64,000 bases of DNA from a candidate division WOR-3 bacterium. GTDB taxonomy: Bacteria > Hydrothermota > Hydrothermia > LBFQ01. The notes under the pieces are model-generated. The model made no database searches, had not been told where the DNA came from, and saw nothing but the letters and a program-made list of their open reading frames with translations. Where the stretch lies: positions 96,001 to 160,000 of the forward strand of contig JBDRWW010000001.1 in the NCBI GenBank assembly GCA_039802605.1, written 5' to 3'. How positions within the stretch are numbered: the stretch's first letter is position 1; each line of letters begins with the position of its first letter. The translations under genes were made by a program, and so were the position numbers. Positions 19,162 through 29,214 of this stretch are shown here, piece by piece.

Positions 19162-20392
19162 AGAAGTATAAACACAGGTTTAAGGCCGTAGTATCAAAAT
19201 TAACCTCAAATATACCTACTAAGGAAAACACCACCCAAACCGAGGCCAAAATAAGGGCGAATATTGAACCGGTTCTGATGTACAATACGGCGTATTTAAG
19301 GATAAAGTAAATGGTTATGATCAATATTAAAGCAAGCCCTATTACACCGGTTTCCGCAAGGGAATTAATATAGACACTGTGGAGGTGTGCGGTGTTATCT
19401 ATAATACCTTTCTCAAAATAAGGTTTTAAATACCCGGAGATTTGGGAGTAGCCCACGCCAAATATTGGATCGCCCTTCCAAATGTTTATACCTATTTCCC
19501 AATATTCCGTGCGTTTTGAAAAAGACCATATTAACTTTGGGGAAAAGGCACTTTTGAAGTAAAAGGCAAAAATTATAGGGAAGGTTGAAAGCAAAACATA
19601 AGGAAAACTCCTAATAAGACCCAACCTTAAAAAGAAAACAAAGGATAGGGCTAAGAGGGTAAAGTATATGTAAAGGTAAGAGTTTGTTAGGATTAAAGCG
19701 TAGAGTGAGGGTATAAACGCCAAGATGAAAAAAGGTGAATAATACAAAGATAGACAAAAAAACATTATGCTTGAAAACGAAAACAGGGATGCGGTATGAT
19801 GCTTATGTCCGTAAAATCCCACAAAATCATGGGTTATATGCCTGTATAAAGGGTTAACGGTAATCTCCCCCATCCTTTTCCACCCCTTTCCGGGCTTTTC
19901 ATCCGTTGCGATTTTATCGCCGAATTTAAATGAAATATTTTTAATCTTTACAAAATCTCCACTTATATACACCTTTTTAGTTTTTTTGAACCCAACTTCG
20001 CAAGTTTTTTCCACACATTGATATTCCGTTAGTCTAATATTTAAAATTCCGAAATTCTTTGATAAAAAACCCAATATGGCGAGGGATGTGGATGATACGG
20101 CAAAGGCATATATAACGACTTTTGGATTACCTTTAAATCCTGAAAATAAGGGATAACCCATCTTATCGTATATATCCTTTATATCAACCGGTATTATGCG
20201 GTTAAATACGAGGGTTATAAACCTCCAAAGATAAAGGATTATTATTAAAAGGAAATCCTTTGGGGGTTTTTCTTTGTTAAAAACCATCAAGAATAAAGCC
20301 AAGGTTAAAGGTACATAGGATGCGGAAATTGAAAACGGGAGTACCAAAGCCATTAAAATTGCCAAAAGGTTATATACCTTTTCCCCTTTCAT
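19097..20392 (-). CDS. O-antigen ligase family membrane protein (WaaL-like)
   Basis: Multi-pass membrane protein with R..YW..G...W...PIFGVG and HLHSVY...LAETG..G motifs; start estimated at ATG 20392. Confidence 0.75.
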   Translation of the reverse strand: MKGEKVYNLLAILMALVLPFSISASYVPLTLALFLMVFNKEKPPKDFLLIIILYLWRFITLVFNRIIPVDIKDIYDKMGYPLFSGFKGNPKVVIYAFAVSSTSLAILGFLSKNFGILNIRLTEYQCVEKTCEVGFKKTKKVYISGDFVKIKNISFKFGDKIATDEKPGKGWKRMGEITVNPLYRHITHDFVGFYGHKHHTASLFSFSSIMFFCLSLYYSPFFILAFIPSLYALILTNSYLYIYFTLLALSFVFFLRLGLIRSFPYVLLSTFPIIFAFYFKSAFSPKLIWSFSKRTEYWEIGINIWKGDPIFGVGYSQISGYLKPYFEKGIIDNTAHLHSVYINSLAETGVIGLALILIITIYFILKYAVLYIRTGSIFALILASVWVVFSLVGIFEVNFDTTALNLCLYFFMGIFEAGLRHPQRLSPHPNG

Positions 20393-21104
20393 AAAGTAAG
20401 GCGTATTTTTGAACATGATACCAGGCTTGCGAAAGTGAAAATATAAGCCCTTCCACACCGTCAAGGATTGCGAGGTTTAGAATGTAATACTTTAAAAAAA
20501 CCATGGGAAAGCGAAAAAATATTTGAAAATATCCCGATTTTTTTGAACTACCGGAAAATAAGGCGGCATATTGTGTGTTCTTCTGCCAATGGTGTAAAAG
20601 GCTCTTATAAGGGTAGTGTATCATCGGATTTTTTAAGGTTAAAACTTTTCCCTCAACCACGAGTTTTTCGTGAACCGGAACATCCGTTATTTTAACCTTT
20701 TCCTTTTTGGCAAGTCTCAAAAGCTTCGTGGGTCTCATCCTTTGAACCCTTCCCATATAAACATTTACCCTCTTTATGTAAAACCCATCGGCCTTGTTTT
20801 CAAGAACAACCCTAGATATTTCCTTTCCCAATTCCGGGGTTATCCTTTCGTCCGCATCAAGGAACAAAACCCAAGGATACGATGCCACCTTTAAAGCCTT
20901 AAACCTCTGGTACGAATAACCCTTCCAAGGGCTTACAAAAGCCTTTGCATTCCTTTTCTTGGCAACTTTTAAGGTTTCATCCCATGAGAAACTGTCAAAA
21001 ATTATAACCTCAAAGGGTATATCTAAGTATTTTAAACTTTCGAACAAATCCGGGATATTTTCACCTTCATCTTTCGTTAGGACTATTACGCTTAACAACC
21101 GCAT
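20370..21104 (-). CDS. Glycosyltransferase family 2 (LPS core, WaaE/KdtX-like); start may be TTG 21098
   Basis: LSVIVLTKDE, DSFS.D.T, WVLFLDADE, VHE, LDG.EG motifs. Confidence 0.85.
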   Translation of the reverse strand: MRLLSVIVLTKDEGENIPDLFESLKYLDIPFEVIIFDSFSWDETLKVAKKRNAKAFVSPWKGYSYQRFKALKVASYPWVLFLDADERITPELGKEISRVVLENKADGFYIKRVNVYMGRVQRMRPTKLLRLAKKEKVKITDVPVHEKLVVEGKVLTLKNPMIHYPYKSLLHHWQKNTQYAALFSGSSKKSGYFQIFFRFPMVFLKYYILNLAILDGVEGLIFSLSQAWYHVQKYALLYERGKGI

Positions 21105-21137
21105 ATTTTAATAGCGAAACGGCCGTATTATAACTTC

Positions 21138-22037
21138 TTGAAACTTTCGGAAATCGTAAAGGAACTCCTTTATGGGGAGGATGGGTATTACACAAAATAT
21201 GTCTCAATTGGTAAAAGGGGGGACTTTTTCACCGCCCCGCATACATCCCCACTTTTTGGATATACAGTGGGGAGATTTTTAAAAAGGGAGGGTGTTAAGT
21301 TTTTTGTGGAGATCGGTGGTGGTGAAGGTTATATGATGGAGGATATACTAAACTTTACGGATTTGGAAGGTGTAATATACGAAATAAGTCCGAAGTTGAA
21401 AAAAATTCAAGGAGAGAGGTTAAAGAAATTTGGTAAAAGGTTTAAGCATATTGAAAAACTTCTAAATGCGGATGCTTACGTTTTAAACGAGGTAATTGAC
21501 GCCCTACCCTTTAACAGGTTTGTGTTTAAGGGCGGAAGGTGGTGGGAATATGAATACATTGATGGGGAATGGGTATTGATGGAAGGAGAACCAGAGGATT
21601 TTGGAATTGAACCTCCTGAGGGGTTTATTTACGATGAAACGGAGAATTTGGAAAGTTTTTTAAAGCAGATTTTTGAAAACACCAAAAGGATTTTGATATT
21701 CGATTACGGTTATGAGGAAGAGGAATTCCCAATTTTGGCACCGGAAGGCACACTTTCGGGATATAAAGAACACAAAGTTTATTACGGTTTTGATGCGTTA
21801 AAAGGGGGTATGGATATAACCCATTTCGTGAATTTCACAAGGATTAAAAGGATAGCGGAAAAGTATAATTTTAAAGTTAAAATAGACCTCCCACAAACGG
21901 AATTTTTGCTCAAATTTGGAATACTGGACATCTTTTATGAAATTGAAGAACACGAGAAAGCGAAGTTATCCGGAGGTTTAAAAACCCTACTGTTCTCCTT
22001 TAAGAACCACAGGGCTTTGTATCTAACATCTTTATAA
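21138..22037 (+). CDS. SAM-dependent methyltransferase, MidA/NDUFAF7 (DUF185) family
   Basis: LY...GYY, GDFFTAP, VEIGGGEG, NEVIDALP, DYGY, DIT..VNF. Confidence 0.85.
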   Translation: MKLSEIVKELLYGEDGYYTKYVSIGKRGDFFTAPHTSPLFGYTVGRFLKREGVKFFVEIGGGEGYMMEDILNFTDLEGVIYEISPKLKKIQGERLKKFGKRFKHIEKLLNADAYVLNEVIDALPFNRFVFKGGRWWEYEYIDGEWVLMEGEPEDFGIEPPEGFIYDETENLESFLKQIFENTKRILIFDYGYEEEEFPILAPEGTLSGYKEHKVYYGFDALKGGMDITHFVNFTRIKRIAEKYNFKVKIDLPQTEFLLKFGILDIFYEIEEHEKAKLSGGLKTLLFSFKNHRALYLTSL

Positions 22038-22044
22038 TGCATAC

Positions 22045-23142
22045 TTGAAACTGGGGATATTGGCGTTATTTTTTGATGATGCCCCCAGAGGTATAGGAAA
22101 ATCCACGGGTTTTTTAATAAGGGAGTTCTCACACCTTGAAGGGGATTATGAAATACTTTCGCCCTTAACACCAAATGGAGCAAATTCCGAGAAGTTTAAA
22201 AGGGTATCTCTGGCTTTGGCACCCGCAAGGGGTAGATGGGGAAATGTAAAGAGATTTTTTTGGCAAAACTTCCTCTTAAAATTTCGCAATTACAGAAATG
22301 TATTATCAACATCTTATGAGAGCTCCCTATTGTATTTTGGGAATCAGGCCTTTATCATTCACGATGTTATAAACTTGAAGTTTAGGGATTTCCGTTATCC
22401 ACCCCTAATAAAGTACTATTACAATTTTCAAGCACCTTTGGTTATAAAATTTGGGGCAAAAATTGTGGTTCCGAGCAATGTCGTAAAGGGGGAAATATTG
22501 GAAATTTACAATGTAAAGGAGGAGGATGTAGGGGTTGTTTATTGGGGAATTGATAGGGATATGTATAGGTTTGTTGAGGATAAAGAAGTCTTAAAAAAAT
22601 ATTCCCTTGAACCTTATGGATATATCCTTTATGTGGGCGATGTTATCCATAGAAAGAACATACAACTTATAATAAAAGCCCTACAATTTGTAAAGGATAA
22701 GGTTTTGGTGATAGTGGGAACCCAATTTAAAAAGGTTAAAAACGAATTGGAGGGATTGGCAAATTCCTTAAATGTATACCAAAGGGTGAAATTTTTGGGT
22801 TATGTACCCGATAAGGAACTCATCGCTTTATATTCGCAAGCCTTTGCCTTCGTATATCCATCATTTATCGAGGGTTTTGGAATGCCACCCCTTGAAGCCG
22901 CCTCCTGTGGAACACCTGTTATAGTTTCCGATATTCCCGTTTTTAGAGAACTATATTCGGGATATTTTCTGTTTGTGGATCCGCATAACCCCGAGGATTT
23001 AGCCGAAAAGTTAAAGGGATTGGAAGATGAAGACATAAGAAAGAACATCAAAAAAGGTTATGAAGAACTACTCAAAAAATATACATGGAAAAATTCCGCA
23101 AAAACTTTGCATAACATCCTACAAAATTGGGGATTATTATGA
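22045..23142 (+). CDS. Glycosyltransferase family 4
   Basis: IHD, RKN, FVYPSFIEGFGMPPLEAASCGTPV; preceded by CATCTT-TATAAT 6 nt upstream. Confidence 0.9.
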   Translation: MKLGILALFFDDAPRGIGKSTGFLIREFSHLEGDYEILSPLTPNGANSEKFKRVSLALAPARGRWGNVKRFFWQNFLLKFRNYRNVLSTSYESSLLYFGNQAFIIHDVINLKFRDFRYPPLIKYYYNFQAPLVIKFGAKIVVPSNVVKGEILEIYNVKEEDVGVVYWGIDRDMYRFVEDKEVLKKYSLEPYGYILYVGDVIHRKNIQLIIKALQFVKDKVLVIVGTQFKKVKNELEGLANSLNVYQRVKFLGYVPDKELIALYSQAFAFVYPSFIEGFGMPPLEAASCGTPVIVSDIPVFRELYSGYFLFVDPHNPEDLAEKLKGLEDEDIRKNIKKGYEELLKKYTWKNSAKTLHNILQNWGLL

Positions 23143-24179
23143 AAAAGGCTTTAATACTCGCACCCAATAGGTGGGATGGAACCCTTGAAGTGGGTATATT
23201 CAAGTTTGCAAAATTTTTAAAGAACTTGGGATTCGAGATTAGGAGTATAAACCTTGAAGGTTTTAGGTATTTACCGTCTAAAACCTTCGGATGGATATTC
23301 CCCAAAAATTTGGGGAAACAATATAAAATTTTTTGGAACTTAACCCATTATTTAAATTCCTTTAAGGTTTGGGAGAATTGGGATATTTTAATGTGCGATG
23401 CGAGTCATATGTTGTTTTTTGCGAATAGAATAAAGGCAAGGACTAAAATATACCGTTTAAACGATTATTTGGAGGGATTTGGACTCCCATCGTTTTTTGT
23501 AGATGAGGAAAAACGGTTTATAGAGTTATCCCATGCGGTTATTTCCGCCCATTCAACCCTTTCTTACAAGGTTCCGGATAAGGAAAAATTCTTTTTACTA
23601 CCAAACCCCATAGACCTGGAACTTTTTCCGTTAGAAGGTGTAGAAGAACCCCCGGATTTAAAAAACATCCCAAAACCCCGTATTATATATGTTGGGGCGG
23701 TTTATCAATGGTTTGATTGGGAAGCGGTTATATATTGCGCAAAGGAACTAAAAAACCTTTCCTTTGTGATCATTGGCCCATATACGAATATACCAAAGGA
23801 TATTCCCAAGAATGTTTTTATACTCGGGAAGAGGCCTCATACACGGATATACGAATACCTATACCATTGCGATATCGGTTTTATACCCTTCAAGTTATCC
23901 CCCTTGATAACCCATATGGATTATCCCAATAAGGTTTTGGAATATTTTGCAATGGGTTTGCCCGTGGTTAGCATCCATTGGGAGAGCTTTTCCAAAAACT
24001 TCCCGGAGGTTATGTTTTACAAGGAGTATAAGGAAATCCCGCAACTGTTAAAGGAGGCTTTAAAAAGGGGAAAGGATTACGCTTTGAGGGAAAAGGTTTT
24101 GGAGTTTTCATCGGATAAGATTTTTTCCAAATTCAAGGAGATAATTTTAGAATTAACCCACGGAAAAATTACACGGTAG
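23139..24179 (+). CDS. GT-B glycosyltransferase (GT4-like)
   Basis: [37 protein letters not shown] 23139 overlaps the upstream stop. Confidence 0.82.
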   Translation: MKKALILAPNRWDGTLEVGIFKFAKFLKNLGFEIRSINLEGFRYLPSKTFGWIFPKNLGKQYKIFWNLTHYLNSFKVWENWDILMCDASHMLFFANRIKARTKIYRLNDYLEGFGLPSFFVDEEKRFIELSHAVISAHSTLSYKVPDKEKFFLLPNPIDLELFPLEGVEEPPDLKNIPKPRIIYVGAVYQWFDWEAVIYCAKELKNLSFVIIGPYTNIPKDIPKNVFILGKRPHTRIYEYLYHCDIGFIPFKLSPLITHMDYPNKVLEYFAMGLPVVSIHWESFSKNFPEVMFYKEYKEIPQLLKEALKRGKDYALREKVLEFSSDKIFSKFKEIILELTHGKITR

Positions 24180-24185
24180 TAAAAT
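24158..24185 (+). promoter_or_regulatory. serS promoter with tandem ACGG element and -10 box
   Basis: CCACGGAAAAATTACACGGTAG-TAAAAT, 8 nt before ATG 24194; near-identical to the gyrB upstream region. Confidence 0.6.
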
Positions 24186-24193
24186 CACCGCTT

Positions 24194-25462
24194 ATGTTGG
24201 ATTTGAAATATTTGAGGGAGAAAAGGGATGTCCTTGAAGATGCTTTAAGAAAAAGGGGTTATTCCCTTGATATATTAAAGGAAATAGACGAGGTTGATAA
24301 TATCCGAAGGGAAATAATAACAAAGGCCAACAATTTGAGGGCGAGGAAAAACCAGATATCTAAGGAAATAGCGGTAAGAAAAAAATCCGGTGAAAGTTTG
24401 GATGACCTTTTGGAAGAGGCGAAAAGGATAGACGAAGAATTAAAGGATTTAGAGGAAAAGGAAAGGGAAATGGACAAACGGTTTTGGGAGTTGTGGGCTT
24501 ATATACCCAATATTCCCCACGAATCCGTTCCTGTCGGTAAGGATTCCGAAGACAATGTTGTTGTAAGGGAGTGGGGGAAGCCGAAGGAGTTTGATTTTGA
24601 GCCCAAACCCCATTGGGAGATAGGTGAAATGTTGGGGATTTTGGACTTTGAATCCGCCGCAAAAATTTCGGGTTCAAGGTTTGCAACATATAAGGGGCTG
24701 GGTGCAATCCTTGAAAGGGCTTTAATAAACTTTTTCTTGGATACCCACAGAAGAAACGGTTATATTGAGGTATTTCCCCCTATACTCGTTAAACCCGAAT
24801 CCCTTTTCGCATCGGGGCACCTACCAAAGTTTGAAGAAGAAATGTATTATATGGAAAGGGATAATATGTACCTCATACCCACGGCCGAAGCATCCTTGGC
24901 AAACTTACATAGGGATGAGGTTATACCGGAAGAAAAATTACCTTTATACTATGTTTCCTATACCCCTTGCTTCCGGAGAGAAGCGGGTTCGTACGGAAAG
25001 GATGTCAGGGGAATTATAAGGGTTCATCAGTTTAACAAAGTTGAACTTTTCAAATATACAAAGCCCGAAGAATCTTATAAGGAACACGAAAAGATGGTTA
25101 GGGATGCGGAAAATATACTCCAAATGTTGGGTATTCCATATAGGGTTGTTTTGTTGTGTACGGGTGATATGGGATTTGCGGCAGCCAAGACCTACGATAT
25201 AGAGGTTTGGGCGCCGGGGGTTAGAAGGTGGCTTGAAGCCTCATCGGTATCAAATGTTGAGGATTTTCAGGCAAGGAGGGCGAATATAAGGTTAAAGAGA
25301 AGGGACGGGAAGAAGGAATATGTTCATATGCTAAACGGTTCGGGATTGGCAACCCCTAGGGTGTTTATAGCAATATTAGAAAACTACCAACAAAGGGATG
25401 GAAGCGTTGTGATACCAGAAGTTTTGAGGGAGTATGTTGGAGTTGATGTTATAAGGCCATGA
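24194..25462 (+). CDS. serS: Serine--tRNA ligase
   Basis: MLD start, coiled-coil arm, [47 protein letters not shown]. Confidence 0.98.
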   Translation: MLDLKYLREKRDVLEDALRKRGYSLDILKEIDEVDNIRREIITKANNLRARKNQISKEIAVRKKSGESLDDLLEEAKRIDEELKDLEEKEREMDKRFWELWAYIPNIPHESVPVGKDSEDNVVVREWGKPKEFDFEPKPHWEIGEMLGILDFESAAKISGSRFATYKGLGAILERALINFFLDTHRRNGYIEVFPPILVKPESLFASGHLPKFEEEMYYMERDNMYLIPTAEASLANLHRDEVIPEEKLPLYYVSYTPCFRREAGSYGKDVRGIIRVHQFNKVELFKYTKPEESYKEHEKMVRDAENILQMLGIPYRVVLLCTGDMGFAAAKTYDIEVWAPGVRRWLEASSVSNVEDFQARRANIRLKRRDGKKEYVHMLNGSGLATPRVFIAILENYQQRDGSVVIPEVLREYVGVDVIRP

Positions 25463-26271
25463 GGGTTTATATATCCGCGGATATGGAGGGGATATGTGGG
25501 GTTTCGGGTTATGAAGATGTTAATCCATCCTCCCCAAGGTTTGAAAGGGCGTTAAAACTCATGGAATGGGAAGTGGGAAAGGTTTGCGAAATCCTTTTTG
25601 ACAACGGTGTAAAGGATATAACGGTTAATGATGCCCATTGGAATATGAACAATTTACGGATAGAAAACTTGCCAAAGGGGGTAAAACTGATATCGGGTTC
25701 CCCAAAATCCCTATCAATGATGGAAGGAATAGATGGTGGGTACGATTTTTGCATATTTATCGGTTATCACTCCTCATCAACAACACTATACGGGCACTTG
25801 GCTCACACTTACAGTTCAAGAACCGTAAAAAGCATAAGGATAAACGGAGAAGTATGTTCAGAAGCGTATATAAACTCTTTAATATCCGGAAGTTTTGGTG
25901 TTCCCCTTGCCCTCATAAGCGGTGATAAAAAATTAGCGGAGGATGAAAGGGAAAGGTTGAAAGGGGTGGAGTTTGTTATAACAAAAGAGGGTTTGGGTTT
26001 TAACCCTTCAATATTATACCACCCAGAAAAAGTTTTAAAGGACTACGAGGAAAAGATTGGGAAAATATTAAAGGGAAACGGTTATTTACCAAATATGCCC
26101 GAAAGTTTTCTCGTTGAAGTTGAGTTTAAGGATATAAGGATGGCGGATGTGGTGGGTATAAACCCTTATGTTAAAAGGCTTGATGCCTATAAGGTATCAT
26201 TTGAAGAAAGGGATTTTATAAGGGCTTTCAAGTTTTTGAGGAGCTTAATAGTTATGGCCTCCACCGTATAA
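25459..26271 (+). CDS. D-aminopeptidase, peptidase family M55 (DppA-like)
   Basis: [34 protein letters not shown]. Confidence 0.9.
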   Translation: MRVYISADMEGICGVSGYEDVNPSSPRFERALKLMEWEVGKVCEILFDNGVKDITVNDAHWNMNNLRIENLPKGVKLISGSPKSLSMMEGIDGGYDFCIFIGYHSSSTTLYGHLAHTYSSRTVKSIRINGEVCSEAYINSLISGSFGVPLALISGDKKLAEDERERLKGVEFVITKEGLGFNPSILYHPEKVLKDYEEKIGKILKGNGYLPNMPESFLVEVEFKDIRMADVVGINPYVKRLDAYKVSFEERDFIRAFKFLRSLIVMASTV

Positions 26272-27583
26272 CCTCTACACCCGGGTAATAGTGTTGAACT
26301 ATATCAACATAATTATACCCCTTTAAAGCCATACCTATTGCACCCATTTGGCACATACCAACCCCATGCCCCCAACCCATACCCCTAAGTACAAACCTAT
26401 CGTCTTTTTGGTAAATCTTAAAAGCGCTTGAAGGCAAAAACGGTTTTCCAAAAACCCGCCTTATAAAGTATTCCCCCTTTAAGTTTATATCCCCGTTATC
26501 CGTTAAAACCTTCATCTCATATATCCTACCGGAATATCCCCTCTTTATACCATCAAAACCGAGGATTTTTTTAATTTCAAAAAACCTTCCCAAGGATGCC
26601 AAAAGATCACCTTCGCTATATTCGATCTCCCACCTGTAAAGGTTTTCTATGCCCGGAAAGTTCAGATTGCAAAATGCATTCCATTGATTTAAGAAATTTT
26701 CAAACCCTTCTTCCGAAGATATATCCTTCAAACCGTTTCCCTCACCATCGTAAAGGTTCATGTTATAAGGCTTATCATCCCCACCCCACACGACCGAAAA
26801 CCTCTCCATAACGCCACCGCAACATTTGGAATACCTCGCCTCTATTGGCTCACCGTTAAAGGTTATGATTTCCCCATCCGTCTCTTCCGCTACATTTAAT
26901 GTTTCATGTGAAACCCTTTCAATGCCCAAATAAACCTGACAGTGATCCTCGGAGCATATATCATAAGGCTCATTTGGATGGTGGGAACCCGCCGTTCTAA
27001 AAAGGTTCGTCCTGGCCGCAAGGGCCTGTGCCTTTAAAGCCTCATAAGGTGCCTTTGGTATCATTTCGGAACCTATAACGGATGCTATGTAATTCTTAAT
27101 ATCAACTATATTTACGGCTTTAACCTTATCACCCCAAGCGTATATATCAAAATCCCCTACAAAATTCAAATCCCTTTTATTTTGCCAATGAAAACCCCTC
27201 CCAACCCACAGGTTTTTTATGGTTATAATTCCAGCGTTTTTTATCCTCAGAGGTGAATCAACAACCCATTCCCCTTTATCGGTCTTAACCCTCAAATTTC
27301 CACCCCAACCCTCAACCCAAACCCTAAACTCACCCTTTATATTTCTTGCCAATTCGTATGCATAAGATATATCATCCACGATATCAACTAGCTCCCATCT
27401 AAACTTAAAAATCTTACCGAAAACCTTTCCGATTTGGGAATGTTTAAAAACGGCGAACTTGATCTTTAAAGTCTTATCGCTATCCGAAAAAACCTCTAAT
27501 CCATCGTATTTTCTACCACCAAGTATTATATCTCCGGAAAGTACAAGTTTATCGTCTTCCGGTAATCCGACTCTTATTAACAT
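26252..27583 (-). CDS. SpoIID/LytB domain protein (putative peptidoglycan lytic transglycosylase)
   Basis: YIASVIGSEM, EALKAQALAART, DIC..DHCQVY, YSKCCGG, LPS, GWGHGVGMCQMGA. Confidence 0.88.
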   Translation of the reverse strand: MLIRVGLPEDDKLVLSGDIILGGRKYDGLEVFSDSDKTLKIKFAVFKHSQIGKVFGKIFKFRWELVDIVDDISYAYELARNIKGEFRVWVEGWGGNLRVKTDKGEWVVDSPLRIKNAGIITIKNLWVGRGFHWQNKRDLNFVGDFDIYAWGDKVKAVNIVDIKNYIASVIGSEMIPKAPYEALKAQALAARTNLFRTAGSHHPNEPYDICSEDHCQVYLGIERVSHETLNVAEETDGEIITFNGEPIEARYSKCCGGVMERFSVVWGGDDKPYNMNLYDGEGNGLKDISSEEGFENFLNQWNAFCNLNFPGIENLYRWEIEYSEGDLLASLGRFFEIKKILGFDGIKRGYSGRIYEMKVLTDNGDINLKGEYFIRRVFGKPFLPSSAFKIYQKDDRFVLRGMGWGHGVGMCQMGAIGMALKGYNYVDIVQHYYPGVEVIRWRP

Positions 27584-28740
27584 CTGAAAGCCTCTATTCC
27601 GGTAATCGCCTCGCCGAGTATAAGTGTATGTATCTCGTATGTGCCTTCATATGTTTCAACGGCTTCCAAATTGGCCAAATGCCTCATTGAATGGTATTCC
27701 GCCAATGTTCCGTTTGCACCTAGTATTGCCCTTGCCCTCCTGGCCACCTCTATTGCCGTTCTTACATTATTCCTCTTTGCCAAAGATACATGCCTAAAAT
27801 TCGCCCTGCCACTATCCATAAGTTCCGCCAACCTCCAAGCGATCAATTGGGCCTCCGTTATTTCGGTGAGCATATCGGCCAACTTCTCCTGAATGAGTTG
27901 AAAGGATGCTATGGGTTTCCCAAAGGCAATCCTCGTTTTGGCATAATTAACGGCTTCTTCAAATGTTGCCATTGCGCTACCAACGGCACCCCATGCTATT
28001 CCATACCTAGCCTGAGTTAAACAACTCAGAGGGGCTTTTAACCCCTCCGCCTTTGGTAGTACATTCTCTTCGGGTACAAAAACATCGTTGAATATCAACT
28101 CCGAGGTTATGGATGCCCTCAAAGAAATCTTTGTCTTTAATTCCTGTGTTGCAAAACCCTCAAAACCCCTTTCAACGAGAAAACCCCTTATAACCCCTTT
28201 TTCATCCTTTGCCCAAACAACGGCGACATCTGCTATTGAACCGTTGGTTATCCACATCTTTGCACCGTTAAGGATATAACCGCCTTTTACCTTTTTTGCA
28301 TGGGTTTTCATAGAACCCGGATCGGAACCCGAATCCGGCTCGGTTAATCCAAAACAACCAACCATATCGCCGGATATGAGTTTGGGCAAAAACCTTTTTT
28401 TCTGCTCATCACTGCCGTATGTTAATATTGGATAAATTACCAAAGAATTCTGAACGGATACAAAACTCCTTATTCCAGAGTCCGCATATTCAAGTTCCCG
28501 GGCAACCAAACCGTATATCCTCTTACTCAGATTTAATCCCCCATATTCTTCGGGTGCGTTAATGCCAAGCAATCCCAACTCTGCAAACCTCTTCACAAGA
28601 TGCATCGGAAAAATCCCCTTTAACCACCAATCCCCTATATAGGGTAGGATTTCTTTTTTAACAAATTCCCTAACCATATCCCTTATCTGCCTTTCTTCCT
28701 CGTTTAAATCCTCATCCAGAAGGTAGAAATCCGCCAACAT
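27577..28740 (-). CDS. Acyl-CoA dehydrogenase, glutaryl-CoA dehydrogenase-like
   Basis: DSGIRSFVSVQNSLV, GCFGLTEPDSGSDP, ARYGIAWG, KRNN, TYEGT..IH; start ATG 28740 is 9 nt after CAACCT-TAGAAT. Confidence 0.88.
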   Translation of the reverse strand: MLADFYLLDEDLNEEERQIRDMVREFVKKEILPYIGDWWLKGIFPMHLVKRFAELGLLGINAPEEYGGLNLSKRIYGLVARELEYADSGIRSFVSVQNSLVIYPILTYGSDEQKKRFLPKLISGDMVGCFGLTEPDSGSDPGSMKTHAKKVKGGYILNGAKMWITNGSIADVAVVWAKDEKGVIRGFLVERGFEGFATQELKTKISLRASITSELIFNDVFVPEENVLPKAEGLKAPLSCLTQARYGIAWGAVGSAMATFEEAVNYAKTRIAFGKPIASFQLIQEKLADMLTEITEAQLIAWRLAELMDSGRANFRHVSLAKRNNVRTAIEVARRARAILGANGTLAEYHSMRHLANLEAVETYEGTYEIHTLILGEAITGIEAFRC

Positions 28741-28752
28741 AAGCATTTAATT

Positions 28753-29214
28753 CTAAGGTTGGTTTAAAACGAACCCCAAAAGGGAATTTAAAATCCTATT
28801 AACCGCCTCAAACTTTGATTTTACCCTATCCCCAAAAACCTCTATCCTTTTCAAGGTATAATTGTTGTCGTCTTGGTAGATGCAAAAATACAAATAACCA
28901 TGGCCGTTAAACTCACCCGTAGTTGATATTCCTATATCCGAATTTGACAACCTTTTTACATTTTTAGCCATCTCGTATGCAACTTCCGGCGAATAAACGG
29001 AAAAATACCTTATGGTTTCATGTGAAACACCCAAAACCCCCTCCTTCATCTCCGTTTGATACACCACCAGTCCTAAAACAAAATATCCGGAAGAACCCGG
29101 TATGGATGTTAATGCGCTTGACAACTCACCACCCGTACACGACTCCGCTACCGAAACTTTTATCTTTTTCCTTAAAAGCAGGTTTCTTAAACACAGTAGT
29201 TTATAATTCTTCAA
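28753..29214 (-). CDS. CinA C-terminal domain protein (NMN deamidase, PncC-like)
   Basis: AESCTGG, PGSSGYF, K..VLGV, S..VA.EMA, ISTTG. Confidence 0.85.
   Translation of the reverse strand: MKNYKLLCLRNLLLRKKIKVSVAESCTGGELSSALTSIPGSSGYFVLGLVVYQTEMKEGVLGVSHETIRYFSVYSPEVAYEMAKNVKRLSNSDIGISTTGEFNGHGYLYFCIYQDDNNYTLKRIEVFGDRVKSKFEAVNRILNSLLGFVLNQP

Noticed and set aside
18172..24179. LPS/glycosyltransferase cluster as a novel system
   Set aside because: Ordinary GT9, GT2, GT4 and O-antigen ligase content for a diderm envelope locus
26252..27583. SpoIID genes as evidence of sporulation
   Set aside because: SpoIID/LytB domains are widespread in non-sporulating diderms, and no other sporulation genes are present
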